NCBI GenBank assembly: GCA_043732305.1
Contig: JAYTHU010000042.1
Location: forward strand, 1 to 16,652
Reading direction: 5' to 3'
DNA: 16,652 nt
Source: Oligoflexia bacterium
Lineage (GTDB): Bacteria > Bdellovibrionota > Bdellovibrionia > JABDDW01
Within the stretch, counting starts at the first letter, position 1. Each line of letters opens with the position of its first letter. The notes beneath the pieces are model-generated. The model was not told the DNA's origin. It searched no databases and saw only the letters and a program-made list of their open reading frames with translations. A program made the translations under genes and the position numbers. Positions 1 through 9,051 of this stretch are shown piece by piece.

Positions 1-1435
1 CTTTGAACTTTGCTTTTTGAAATGAGATACGACCAAGATTAACTAAAGTGAGAGCAAGAATGTCTTTATCTCCGCCCTTTTTACTAATATTTTCGGCAAG
101 TTTTCTCAGTCGAGCGATAGCATCATCGCCTTTGCCTAGAAAATGCTCAGCCACTCCGGCTATGTACTGTGCCTTAAAGTATTTGTTATTGGTTTGAGTA
201 ACTTTTTCCGCGGAAGCGAGTGCTTGTGCGTATTGTCCCTTTTTTACATAATATTTAGCCCGGAAATATGTCAGATCATTCATTGATTCCGCAGGAACCA
301 CAACCTCATCTTTCAAAGGGTGATAACTTTCAACCAGCCAGTCCTCACTCTGTCTAGGAACGGCTTCAATAGCAGTTTTAGAAGCAGGCAAAGTAAATTT
401 ACTCCAAGGAGCTTTGATCACTGGCATCAATTGATGAAGAGCTTCAGATGGCAAATGCATTTCTTTAAGACACATTCCTAAATGGAAACGACTGCTCAGA
501 ACAACGTCGGGCTTGCTAGAAGTCAGGAGGTCCGCAAAAATCCCACTGGCCACGTGACAGTAATCACGTTTCTCAAAAAGAATTAGTCCTCTCAGAAGTT
601 TCAAATCTTCTTCGTCGTTAGATTTTGTCTCTAAAGCCACAAACCCTATTTCTAGCCCAGCTTTGAACACAATGAGATTAATTTTATCAGCGGTTACTTT
701 TTTCTCAGCAGGTAAAACGGGGATCACTATCATAGTTTCAGGAGCCGCCGCGATCAGAGGTTCTCCCAATTCTTCTTTGAATTTTGATTTCGACATAACT
801 TCAGGACTATCGAAGGGATTAGCGTTCTCCAAACTCACCTCAGGAAATTGCTCAATGAAAAAGCCATTCATAGATTCGGAATCCAATTCCGCCTCTAATC
901 CCACATTCAATAATGGAACTATATTGGCTTTTCTACTGAAAATTCTTTTGACGGAAAATTTTTTGAATTCAAAAACAGGGACGTTATTATGACTCAAGAT
1001 TAAATTCTTGTCTTCGAAAGGAACAGCCTTTTGCTTAACCTTAACCACTTTCAATTGTTTAATTTTTTCAGTTTGAATCTTGTAGTTTGTAAAGTTCGCT
1101 GCCTTCGCGGCGGGTAAAGTCCCTGACACAGAAGCCGGTGCCTGAGCCGCAACGATTTCGCCTTCAATTGCTGTGGAAGCCACTTGAGCAGGAATCCGTG
1201 CGCTAGTGCTCGATTCGTCCGTCATGCCTAAAATAGCTTTCGCTTTTTGCTTCACTTCACTCCAAGTAAAACCCCATGACGAAGTTTTTGCTTGAACAAT
1301 AGTCACGGCTGAATGCGCAACATAATCCGGTCGATAGGAAATGCTAGCTCCATCAGGACCAGAGTCCGTGAACTTTGCTTCTGCGAACAGCGGCAAGATT
1401 GAAATCAAAATAACAACTAACGCCCAAGATTTCAT
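1..1435 (-). CDS. gltC: GltC-like secreted TPR protein of the gliding machinery (partial, 3' end beyond the window)
   Basis: Not in the ORF track because it runs off the edge; translated by hand. ATG at 1435-1433 with an AAGGA SD overlapping the upstream stop, then 478 open codons to position 2. Signal peptide MKSWALVVILISILPLFAEA, Ala/Ser/Pro-rich N-part, then TPR-like helices (YFRAKYYVKKGQYAQALASAEKV, KAQYIAGVAEHFLGKGDDAIARL, LALTLVNLGRISFQKAKF). It follows a GltA/B-like barrel gene, as gltC does in myxobacteria. Confidence 0.75.
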   Translation of the reverse strand, partial: MKSWALVVILISILPLFAEAKFTDSGPDGASISYRPDYVAHSAVTIVQAKTSSWGFTWSEVKQKAKAILGMTDESSTSARIPAQVASTAIEGEIVAAQAPASVSGTLPAAKAANFTNYKIQTEKIKQLKVVKVKQKAVPFEDKNLILSHNNVPVFEFKKFSVKRIFSRKANIVPLLNVGLEAELDSESMNGFFIEQFPEVSLENANPFDSPEVMSKSKFKEELGEPLIAAAPETMIVIPVLPAEKKVTADKINLIVFKAGLEIGFVALETKSNDEEDLKLLRGLILFEKRDYCHVASGIFADLLTSSKPDVVLSSRFHLGMCLKEMHLPSEALHQLMPVIKAPWSKFTLPASKTAIEAVPRQSEDWLVESYHPLKDEVVVPAESMNDLTYFRAKYYVKKGQYAQALASAEKVTQTNNKYFKAQYIAGVAEHFLGKGDDAIARLRKLAENISKKGGDKDILALTLVNLGRISFQKAKFK

Positions 1436-1444
1436 AATCGTCCT

Positions 1445-2287
1445 TTATTGGAAGAAAGAAACACCTAAGAGTACACTGCCGCTATAGGTAAACTGTGAAC
1501 TCTTGTTTTGGCCAGACACTGCGCCATACAAATTTTCACTATAAAAATGATTGACCAATTGCAACTTAACGGCCCAGTGTTCTGTGATAAATAATTGCTG
1601 ATAGATATCTAGTGATCCAGTGAGCGCAGTTTGATTCACTGCGGATGGAGGCTGATAAGCATTCTGAGTTGCACCGAATGTTGCTGAATTGAGCATGGTC
1701 GCACCTATACCAGGTGAAATTCCCATATCAAAGTACATGATCTTTTTCTCAAGCAAACTTAGCTTTGCATAAATTGGAACCCATGTGTAGAAAGCACCGA
1801 CATATCCTTGTTGAAGATTGCGATCGGGAGCGGCTCCGTTTGACCCAATGTTACCGATGATTTTAGAATCAGTAGCTGTTGTTCTCCAACCGTAGATTCC
1901 GACACCTTCACGCTCACTAAAGAAATAGTCAATGCTACCACCCAAGTGAATATTACTTTCGTAAGGATCATTAAATCCTGCTCCGAATATTGGCGTCACA
2001 GAAAATCTTTTGGTTTTGGTGTAAAGACGATTTTGAACAACGCTAAATTCTGAATCTTTAGCTGTCCAATATCTATTCTCTAAATTTGTGATATCAACTT
2101 TACCGTCCGCAGATTTTTTTGCGTCTTTAGAAACGGCATCTCCTACCGTTCCAGATTGCGCAGCACCGGGCTGATTCACAGCACCGGTAGAATCTACTGT
2201 GGCGCGTGAAAACTTATCTTTGGCCTGAGCAGCAGACGCCATAACTAAAACACAAGCACTCAAAGCTACGTGTAACTTGATTCGCAT
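1445..2287 (-). CDS. Outer-membrane beta-barrel protein, GltA/GltB-like
   Basis: 280 aa with signal peptide (MRIKLHVALSACVLVMASAAQA). Contains the VVQNRLYTKTKRFSVTP motif typical of myxobacterial/Bdellovibrio Glt barrels, alternating beta-strand patterns, PIYAKLSL, and an aromatic C-terminal strand LGVSFFQ. GGGGAG SD present. Confidence 0.82.
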   Translation of the reverse strand: MRIKLHVALSACVLVMASAAQAKDKFSRATVDSTGAVNQPGAAQSGTVGDAVSKDAKKSADGKVDITNLENRYWTAKDSEFSVVQNRLYTKTKRFSVTPIFGAGFNDPYESNIHLGGSIDYFFSEREGVGIYGWRTTATDSKIIGNIGSNGAAPDRNLQQGYVGAFYTWVPIYAKLSLLEKKIMYFDMGISPGIGATMLNSATFGATQNAYQPPSAVNQTALTGSLDIYQQLFITEHWAVKLQLVNHFYSENLYGAVSGQNKSSQFTYSGSVLLGVSFFQ

Positions 2288-2326
2288 ATCTCTCCCCTAG
2301 TTGTTGTTTCGAACAAAACTTTCGGC

Positions 2327-3730
2327 CTAATTCACGCTCTGAAATAAGAACGGATAAGAGACTAAAACTTTTGTTCCTCCTTTTGGTTTTGGGAACTTCC
2401 ATGTAGCAATGCGCCTCAAAATACATTCATCAATCATGGCACTGTTCATAGTCGACTCACCGACGGCTTGGGTATCAACCATGCCTTCAGCATCTATACT
2501 AAAATTTACTTTCACTTTACCGTGAAGACCTGAGTCACTCGCGAGCTGCCGGTCATAGCAGTAACGAATTTGTCCCAGGTGTTCGCGGATGATGCGGGCA
2601 ATAACTTCTTTTTCTAACCCGCCCTCAACTGTGGTTTCCGCATCGTCAATCGCGATGTTGCCATGGCCTACGCCACCATCACCAAGATCATTTCCGCTTT
2701 TGTATCCGCCATTGCCGCCGCCTTTTCCAGCAGTGCCAATCGCGCCTACTTTGAATCCACCTGCTCCACCTAATATATCGGCTTTTCCAGAGGCACCTTG
2801 AGTCGGACTCATTTTGCCAAAAGTGTTCATCTTTTCGCCATTATTAATCGAAGCATCGGCTTGGGGCATAGCCGCAAGTTTTGCAACCATCAACACACTT
2901 TTTGAAGCTTGCTTAGCAATCTTTCCAATGATCGAACTGATCCCTGCTTGACGCAAATTTGCGACGGCTTTGCTTTCAGACACAACATTCTTTTTGAATG
3001 CTGCCTGATTCTGATTGTTGCCGCTCAGCCCTTTGAACATTTTTGTTCCAGAACTTTGCATTTGCTTTTTTCTCTCTGTGAGAATCTTTGAATCGTAAAT
3101 CATGCGAGTGTAAACATTGTCCTTCGGTTTCTCTGGATCTTGATGCCTAAGACTCGGAATTCCTATCAACAGAAAAATGAAAACCAGGAAGGTCACAAAG
3201 CTACCAAAGAGAGGTTTTCTCAAATCTTCAGGAACACTCACTCGCTCATTAGCAATGTTCTTCTTTTTACTCATCTTATATTCGACAATTTCAACGTTCG
3301 GACTTTTGAGGGACGCGAGTTCTGCTTTTTCAAAACTGGTGGCGAAGATTTTATCATTCCATTTTGCCACGTAGTAAACGTTGCGTCCGCCATCGATATC
3401 ATTGTTAGGTCCAGAGAAAGCCGCTCGCGCTTCTTTGGAAACCTGCAGCTCTAATTTATTTGCGCCTATTTCTAAAACACTACGAGATTTTATTTCTATT
3501 TCAGTAAAAGGCTTGTGATCAGCCCGTACCTCGGGTTCGCTACCTAAATCAATAATTCTCCAACCTTTATTTGTTTTTTCAATAAGACAGGCGAGCCCCG
3601 CGATTTGATCACCAAGAAGATGTATTCCGGAAAGTTTATATGATCCCAGTGATGTCTGCGCACGAGTCAAACGGTACGTTCGAACGAACTTACCTTTGTA
3701 GCTATGTCTAATTTGAAGAGACTGTTTCAT
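2327..3730 (-). CDS. gltG: GltG/PglI-like protein: FHA-like N-domain, single TM helix, Gly-rich linker, TonB-C/AgmX-PglI C-terminal domain
   Basis: 467 aa. WRIIDLGS...LEIG FHA-like stretch; TM LFGSFVTFLVFIFLLIGIP; Gly-rich GGAGGFKVGAIGTAGKGGGNGG; C-terminal GGLEKEVIARIIREHLGQIRYCY...ECILRRIATWKFPKPKGG...VSYPFLF, characteristic of AgmX/PglI C-domains. GGGGA SD present. Confidence 0.87.
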   Translation of the reverse strand: MKQSLQIRHSYKGKFVRTYRLTRAQTSLGSYKLSGIHLLGDQIAGLACLIEKTNKGWRIIDLGSEPEVRADHKPFTEIEIKSRSVLEIGANKLELQVSKEARAAFSGPNNDIDGGRNVYYVAKWNDKIFATSFEKAELASLKSPNVEIVEYKMSKKKNIANERVSVPEDLRKPLFGSFVTFLVFIFLLIGIPSLRHQDPEKPKDNVYTRMIYDSKILTERKKQMQSSGTKMFKGLSGNNQNQAAFKKNVVSESKAVANLRQAGISSIIGKIAKQASKSVLMVAKLAAMPQADASINNGEKMNTFGKMSPTQGASGKADILGGAGGFKVGAIGTAGKGGGNGGYKSGNDLGDGGVGHGNIAIDDAETTVEGGLEKEVIARIIREHLGQIRYCYDRQLASDSGLHGKVKVNFSIDAEGMVDTQAVGESTMNSAMIDECILRRIATWKFPKPKGGTKVLVSYPFLFQSVN

Positions 3731-3756
3731 AAAATTCCCCTATGAAAAAACTAAGA

Positions 3757-4032
3757 TCACTTTAAATAATTCACACTGGCTTTGATGTTCTCATCAAAGC
3801 CTTCTCGCACTTTATAAAGCGGAACAAAATCGACGCCACGTTTTTGTACCACATAACTTCCGTCAGGATGTCTGGCTTGTCCTTCAATCATTTCCGAATC
3901 AAAATCAACTTTTTGAGTTTTCTTGTGCGCTTTGTGCGCGTCGTCCGCAATGGAAAGTCCCTCAGTGAAAACCTCAAGGACAGTCAACGTCAAGAGCATA
4001 AAGACTAAATTTTTAATGGTGAGTATTTTCAT
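3757..4032 (-). CDS. gltF: GltF/CglF-like small secreted gliding protein
   Basis: 91 aa with hydrophobic N-terminus, then VDFDSEMIEGQARHPDGSYV...PLYKVREGFDENIKASV, resembling the CglF pattern (DF..D.IEG....PDG.Y...L..R..F...SV). Lies between gltE- and gltG-like genes, with an ATGA overlap with the upstream gene. Confidence 0.8.
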   Translation of the reverse strand: MKILTIKNLVFMLLTLTVLEVFTEGLSIADDAHKAHKKTQKVDFDSEMIEGQARHPDGSYVVQKRGVDFVPLYKVREGFDENIKASVNYLK

Positions 4033-4994
4033 TTTTCTTTTCTCTTTTCTACAGAAGCAGCTTCCGGCTTTACGTTTGCCACAACTCGAGCTTTATTTAC
4101 TTGAGCTTGAAGACGTTTGATTTTCATTTCGATTTGATCGTCAGAATTTTTTTCGATCATTCCAGATTTCATGCGCTTGCTGAGCTTCACGTAAAGATCA
4201 AGCGCTTCTTCTGGCTTGTGCATGGCATTTTCTTGAATCTCGGCCATTTGTCCGAGGTAATAGCCATCATGAGCATCAAGATCATTTAGACGATCAAACG
4301 CAGCAAAGGCTTCATTGTAATTTTTAAGCTCCAGTTGAGACTGAGCCGTTCCCTGCCAAGCGATTTTATTTTTTGAATCCTTATCTAGCACTTTTGCAAA
4401 ATGGGGAATAGCACCCTTGAAATCTTGATCACGGTAATAAACTTCACCAAGAATCATATGTGCGGAAACAATGGAGTCGTCAAATTGCACACTCTTTTCA
4501 AAAGCAATGACTGCGGGATCATAAAGTTTCTGATCCCATAAGATTTGTCCGCGAAGATAATGAACAAGACCCGACTGAGGAGCCCGCTTGAGTGACATTT
4601 CCACCATCCAGTTTGCACGCTCAAGATGATCTTGAAGTCTAGCAACAATCGCTAGGTAATATGGACCCCAGGGATTTGCCAGCTCTCGACGCGACAACTC
4701 TTCTGCAATCTCTTCAACTTTATTCAAATCGCGAGCCTTAAGACAGGCCGTGCAGGCTTCGATGGCGTCTTTCCATTTGTAATCCATTTTCCACTTTTCA
4801 TTCAATTTCACGCAACGACCTGGCTTGACTTCACTCTCAGCAATACTTCTGACTAGAGAAACCTGTGATTCCACTGGTGGCTTCACTTCAAGTGCAGGCA
4901 TGACCATTGCGATTTTTTTATCTGGAAATGTCGCGCAAGCTCCAAGGAGAGTCGTCGACAATATCAATGTTAAAAGCCATGTGTACTTCTTCAT
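4029..4994 (-). CDS. gltE: TPR lipoprotein, GltE/AglT-like
   Basis: 321 aa. Lipobox LLGA-C20 and several TPR units (GPYYLAIVA, VHYLRGQILWDQKLYDPAVIAFEKSV, AHMILGEVYYRDQDFKGAIPHFAKVL). The start directly abuts the stop of the gltD-like gene, in the same position as gltE in gltD-E-F-G clusters. Confidence 0.72.
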   Translation of the reverse strand: MKKYTWLLTLILSTTLLGACATFPDKKIAMVMPALEVKPPVESQVSLVRSIAESEVKPGRCVKLNEKWKMDYKWKDAIEACTACLKARDLNKVEEIAEELSRRELANPWGPYYLAIVARLQDHLERANWMVEMSLKRAPQSGLVHYLRGQILWDQKLYDPAVIAFEKSVQFDDSIVSAHMILGEVYYRDQDFKGAIPHFAKVLDKDSKNKIAWQGTAQSQLELKNYNEAFAAFDRLNDLDAHDGYYLGQMAEIQENAMHKPEEALDLYVKLSKRMKSGMIEKNSDDQIEMKIKRLQAQVNKARVVANVKPEAASVEKRKEK

Positions 4995-7979
4995 TTAATT
5001 CACCACTGGTAAAACGTTTTCTGGCGTTGTGATATCTACAACCAACTTTGTTTTCATCGATTTTCTTGTCAGGCGATTAAGTTCGGATTGAATTTGTGCG
5101 ATCGTGCCATCGCGAATCTTCATGTCTTTTGCTTGCTTGAGAGCGAGTTGCAAGGTCTCGGCGTTCTTTTCTTCCATAGGGAGTGCAATATTTTCTATTT
5201 CGCTAAGAAACTTCTCTTTTTCTTTCTGGGGAAGATCGGTGGGAGCTTCAATGGTGTGAAGACTATTTGAAAATTTCGCGTAAATTCCAGCGAGTTTCAC
5301 CAAAGCTTCAATTGCCGACGGTTTGTCAGAAAAATTCAAGACATCTTGGTATGCACTTTGGACTCTCTGGAGTTTGTCGACTTTAATTTTTAAAACCAAA
5401 CCTAAACGCTCGGACTTCGCTTTCACACCGGTCATGTCGAATTCTTTTTCCAAGACTTTACCTTGGAGCAATCGAGCTTGAGCAAGAGCAAATCTCGAAA
5501 CTTTATCGTCGTTGCGCTGATTGAGAACTTTTTTTGCTAATCTGAAACAGTCTTCGTCCATACCTGCGTCACAAGAACGTTTGGTGATTTTAAGACTTGC
5601 GATGCTCGCTTGAGGCTGCAATCCACTTTCCGAAATTTCTTTCAAAAGTTTTGCAGATTTATCCCAAAGCGCATTTTTTTCCGATAACTCTTCCATTCGG
5701 CCTAGTGCTGTTTTGCCTTCAACGGATGCTGGGTGTTTTTGTGCAAGCTCAGTATAAATTTGTAGAGCTTTGGACCACTCGTTATTGAGAGCTTTATAAT
5801 CAGCTGCTGTCAAAAGATGATCAAGCCTATGAGGGACATCAAGTTCAGAAAGTTTTTGTAGTTTGTCGCCAGCCTGTCCAAGTTGCGCCTGAGTTTCATA
5901 AAGTGCCACAAGATTTTTGACAACTTCTAGTTTGTTGGTGGACTGTGGGAATTGTTTTAAAAACATTTCAGCAAGTTGGGCCGACTGAGTGTAATCGCCT
6001 GAAAGCTGAGCGCATCGGACCGCATTGAAGAGGGCTTTATCGGCTAAATCTGATGAAGGATTTTCCTTATTGAATTGCGCGTAACCTAAAGCCGCTTCCG
6101 GATATTTCTTAGCTTGTTCTAAACCTTGAACGAGTGTAAAATAAGCTTGTTGATGAATTTTAATAAACGCAAGTTTAGTTTCTTTATCAAAACTCAACTT
6201 GCTTGCAAAATAAAGAGCTTCGTCTTTAAGAATTTCGAAATGCTTTTGCAGGTTCAAAATATCTAGGTAAAGCTGAGCAGCTTTTTTCCCACGCCCAGTC
6301 TGTGAGAACTTGATTGCAAGTTCCCGAAGTTCCGGAGCTGCACGGTCAAACTTCCCTTTTTCATAGGCAATAAACGCCTTTTTAAATTTGACGTCGGTCA
6401 CATACTGACCATTGGGATTGAGACTCACGTAATCCTGGGCCAATTTGGCAAAAAGCTCCTCGTCGGCATCAGACCATTTCTCTTTAGTATCTTTTTCCAA
6501 TGAGACCAGCGCAGCGTAAGCAGAATCATGGCGAGTTTTTTTATCCTTGGTCATATGGGCAACCAAAGAATATTGCTGACTCGATTTTCTGAAATTATCA
6601 GTCTGAAACAAAAGCTCCGCATAAGAGAAGCGCAACTTATCTTCTTCAGGAATAAGAACACCTGAAAGGAGCAAGGCCTCATAAGCACGGCGAGAAATTT
6701 GCGCTAATAACGGAGCTTTGAATTTAGTGAAATCTTTATGCCACTTAGCCGTATTTAATGTACCAACTTCAATCAGGTCTTCGCGACTCTCTAATCTAAC
6801 GGCAGGCTTTTGCGCTAGATACCATTTGCTGTCGGCTCTGCAAACTTCTGCGAAAGATTCAAGTTCGACAATCGCCTTGTCTCTTTTTTGTTGCATTTCG
6901 TAAGAAGTCAAAAGATCTTTATGCATTTGCGCGCGTTCAGGTGCGAGTGGCGCATGAGACAATAAATCAGTGTAAACGATTTCCATTTGTTGGTAGCGGC
7001 TATGACGTTGGTACAAACGTCCTAATCGCAAAATAAGAGAGGTGTACTGAGAGTCTCCGCCTTCATCACGAAAATACGAAACAGCATTGCCAGGTTTCCT
7101 GACGTCTTCGTAGAACACAACCATGTCTTCCAACGCTTCATGCTGAAGATCCAAGTGACTGCTATGTTCACCATCTTGAGATTTCTTTTTTGAATAGTCG
7201 ACAACTTCTTCAAGTTGTTTCAAACCATCTGCAATTCGGCTCAAATTGTAAAGTGCCCAAGCCCCCTTATAGATTCCGTAGGGATACACTCGAGAATCCG
7301 CAAACTTTCTGATCTCTTGAAATTCGTCGTAAGCTTTTTGGAAATTCTTCTGACTGAAATATGATTCCCCAATAGCCAAGTGACAATCTGCAATCAGCGG
7401 CGAATCCACATAATTTTCAACAACAAGTTTATACAGGCGCATGGGTTCTTTTTCTTGGCCCAGCATTTGACGAGCAAACGCATTGTTAAAAAGAACCAAG
7501 TCCATGTCCGAAAAATGAGTGAACCGCTTTTGGATTCCGTCATAGGTGCTGACAGCTTTCATAATCCACTGGCGGCTCGACTGTGATTTGATTTCTTTGG
7601 GAGTAAAATGAGCGCCTGATTCACCGTTGTCTCTTTGTACTTCAAAAAACGTGGCGGTCTTAGCGCGTCTTATATAAAGCTCCGCGAGACGGAAATTTAG
7701 AGACGCTTCCATAGAGGAGCCTTTGTATTTAGCCATTAATTTCTTAAGCTGAGCGAGGGCTTTCTCGTCGGTCCGACTGATGAGAAGTTCCGTCTTGATT
7801 GATTTCGCCTCGTTTCCTTGCTCGTCATTAGGAGAAAGTCGGAGTTCGTCGGTTACGGAATCTGCGGATGAATCTTTGGCAGCTTTTTTTGATTCGGCAA
7901 AAGCATATGTGGTGAGGACTGAAATCCCCATCACTGCCAGAACCAAAATCATTTTTAAGTTTTGCCCAAAACTCAACAT
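4995..7979 (-). CDS. gltD: Large periplasmic TPR protein, GltD/AgmU-like
   Basis: 994 aa with signal peptide ending AFA. Motifs include LNFRLAELY, CHLAIGESYFSQKNFQKAYDEF, YGIYKGAWALYNL, ADKALFNA, and C-terminal AIEALVKLAGIYAKF...PTDL...ALPMEEK, as seen in AgmU/GltD. Immediately downstream of the motor genes. Confidence 0.8.
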   Translation of the reverse strand: MLSFGQNLKMILVLAVMGISVLTTYAFAESKKAAKDSSADSVTDELRLSPNDEQGNEAKSIKTELLISRTDEKALAQLKKLMAKYKGSSMEASLNFRLAELYIRRAKTATFFEVQRDNGESGAHFTPKEIKSQSSRQWIMKAVSTYDGIQKRFTHFSDMDLVLFNNAFARQMLGQEKEPMRLYKLVVENYVDSPLIADCHLAIGESYFSQKNFQKAYDEFQEIRKFADSRVYPYGIYKGAWALYNLSRIADGLKQLEEVVDYSKKKSQDGEHSSHLDLQHEALEDMVVFYEDVRKPGNAVSYFRDEGGDSQYTSLILRLGRLYQRHSRYQQMEIVYTDLLSHAPLAPERAQMHKDLLTSYEMQQKRDKAIVELESFAEVCRADSKWYLAQKPAVRLESREDLIEVGTLNTAKWHKDFTKFKAPLLAQISRRAYEALLLSGVLIPEEDKLRFSYAELLFQTDNFRKSSQQYSLVAHMTKDKKTRHDSAYAALVSLEKDTKEKWSDADEELFAKLAQDYVSLNPNGQYVTDVKFKKAFIAYEKGKFDRAAPELRELAIKFSQTGRGKKAAQLYLDILNLQKHFEILKDEALYFASKLSFDKETKLAFIKIHQQAYFTLVQGLEQAKKYPEAALGYAQFNKENPSSDLADKALFNAVRCAQLSGDYTQSAQLAEMFLKQFPQSTNKLEVVKNLVALYETQAQLGQAGDKLQKLSELDVPHRLDHLLTAADYKALNNEWSKALQIYTELAQKHPASVEGKTALGRMEELSEKNALWDKSAKLLKEISESGLQPQASIASLKITKRSCDAGMDEDCFRLAKKVLNQRNDDKVSRFALAQARLLQGKVLEKEFDMTGVKAKSERLGLVLKIKVDKLQRVQSAYQDVLNFSDKPSAIEALVKLAGIYAKFSNSLHTIEAPTDLPQKEKEKFLSEIENIALPMEEKNAETLQLALKQAKDMKIRDGTIAQIQSELNRLTRKSMKTKLVVDITTPENVLPVVN

Positions 7980-8012
7980 AACCGCGCTACCCTTTTTCTT
8001 TCTTCCCTGTCG

Positions 8013-8501
8013 TTATTTCGCAATAACCGCAAATTTAAAGTCGGTGTAACCAGCAAGTGCCGCGGTGTACATGACCTTCTGCAAATATTGATAATTTAAT
8101 GTTTGATCCGCTTGCATAATGACTTTTCCATCAAACTGCGCGGATTCGTTTTTTGTCCCAATGTTTTTTGACTTGGTCGCTTGAATTGTCAAAGCGTCAT
8201 ATAGCGGTTTGATCAATTTGCTTTTGTCTTGTGCAACAGTTCCGTCAACTCTCATGACTTCTTTATCATCTACAAATATAGCGTCTTTACTCACCATTAA
8301 TTTCAAAGCTTCTGCTGGAGCTTGAAGCGAAGTGGAACTGGGTAATCGCATTGTTTGCGAAGGGGTGATATCCACCGAACTTGAAGCATAACTCTTCAAC
8401 AAAAAAACAAGGATGATCGTGAACATATCGATCATGCTGGTGATCTGCAAAGGGAAGGTCGCTTCTTGATGATTATTTAAAAGTTTTTGTACTGTTGTCA
8501 T
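8013..8501 (-). CDS. aglS: ExbD/TolR-family motor subunit, AglS-like
   Basis: 162 aa. TM LQITSMIDMFTIILVFLLKSY with the conserved Asp, LPSS, and C-terminal IMQADQTLNYQYLQKVMYTAALAGYTDFKFAV. Third gene of a TolQ-TolR-TolR triad. Confidence 0.85.
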   Translation of the reverse strand: MTTVQKLLNNHQEATFPLQITSMIDMFTIILVFLLKSYASSSVDITPSQTMRLPSSTSLQAPAEALKLMVSKDAIFVDDKEVMRVDGTVAQDKSKLIKPLYDALTIQATKSKNIGTKNESAQFDGKVIMQADQTLNYQYLQKVMYTAALAGYTDFKFAVIAK

Positions 8502-8511
8502 ATTTTATCCT

Positions 8512-9048
8512 TCACTCATCCATCACGTTAGCAAGAATCACGTCAGGAAATAAAAGTGGTGATTCAACGTTATCAATCATCACTTTAGGATCACTGCCCT
8601 CAATACTGCGGGCTGTGTCCATCACACCAACAATGGCGCGATAATCCACATTTGTTTCTGGATTCAGTTCTATTTTAAAAATCTTTGGAAACTTAAGTTT
8701 GGTCTCCACAAGTCTTTTATGAAGCATACTGAAGTCAAAATCGCCGGAAGAAAGCTTAGGGATGGGCACTCGATTTGAGTGCCCAGAGGCATCCTTAACA
8801 TCCAAAAACATTTCTTTCGAGTTAGACATTGCTACTTTGATGGAAATGTCTTTGTTCTTATTGTCTCGATCTTGTTGAAGAGCTTGCGCCACGGGTGCGG
8901 GAAGCGGAACGCTTATCAGCATCAACTGCATAAACGTAGCTGACAGAAGCATGAATGGGATAATTGACACCATCATGTCCATCATGGGCGCAAGATTCAA
9001 ATCGAAGGTCGATAAACTAGAACTGTCTCGAAAGCGAAGTTTTCGCAT
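8512..9048 (-). CDS. aglQ: ExbD/TolR-family motor subunit, AglQ-like
   Basis: 178 aa. TM LNLAPMMDMMVSIIPFMLLSATF with the conserved Asp, P...VDYRAIVGVMDTAR, and C-terminal LFPDVIL. Lies between the aglR- and aglS-like genes. Confidence 0.8.
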   Translation of the reverse strand: MRKLRFRDSSSLSTFDLNLAPMMDMMVSIIPFMLLSATFMQLMLISVPLPAPVAQALQQDRDNKNKDISIKVAMSNSKEMFLDVKDASGHSNRVPIPKLSSGDFDFSMLHKRLVETKLKFPKIFKIELNPETNVDYRAIVGVMDTARSIEGSDPKVMIDNVESPLLFPDVILANVMDE

Positions 9049-9051
9049 GAC

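Noticed and set aside
663..992. 109-aa plus-strand ORF
   Set aside because: Antisense shadow of the long GltC-like minus-strand frame; no recognisable motifs.
2319..2346. GCCGAAAG on the minus strand upstream of the barrel gene as an internal sigma28 -10
   Set aside because: No TAAA-like -35 at 15-nt spacing (reads ATTT); too weak to call.
2589..2801. Proline-rich 70-aa plus-strand ORF
   Set aside because: It is the reverse complement of the Gly-rich linker codons of the GltG-like gene.
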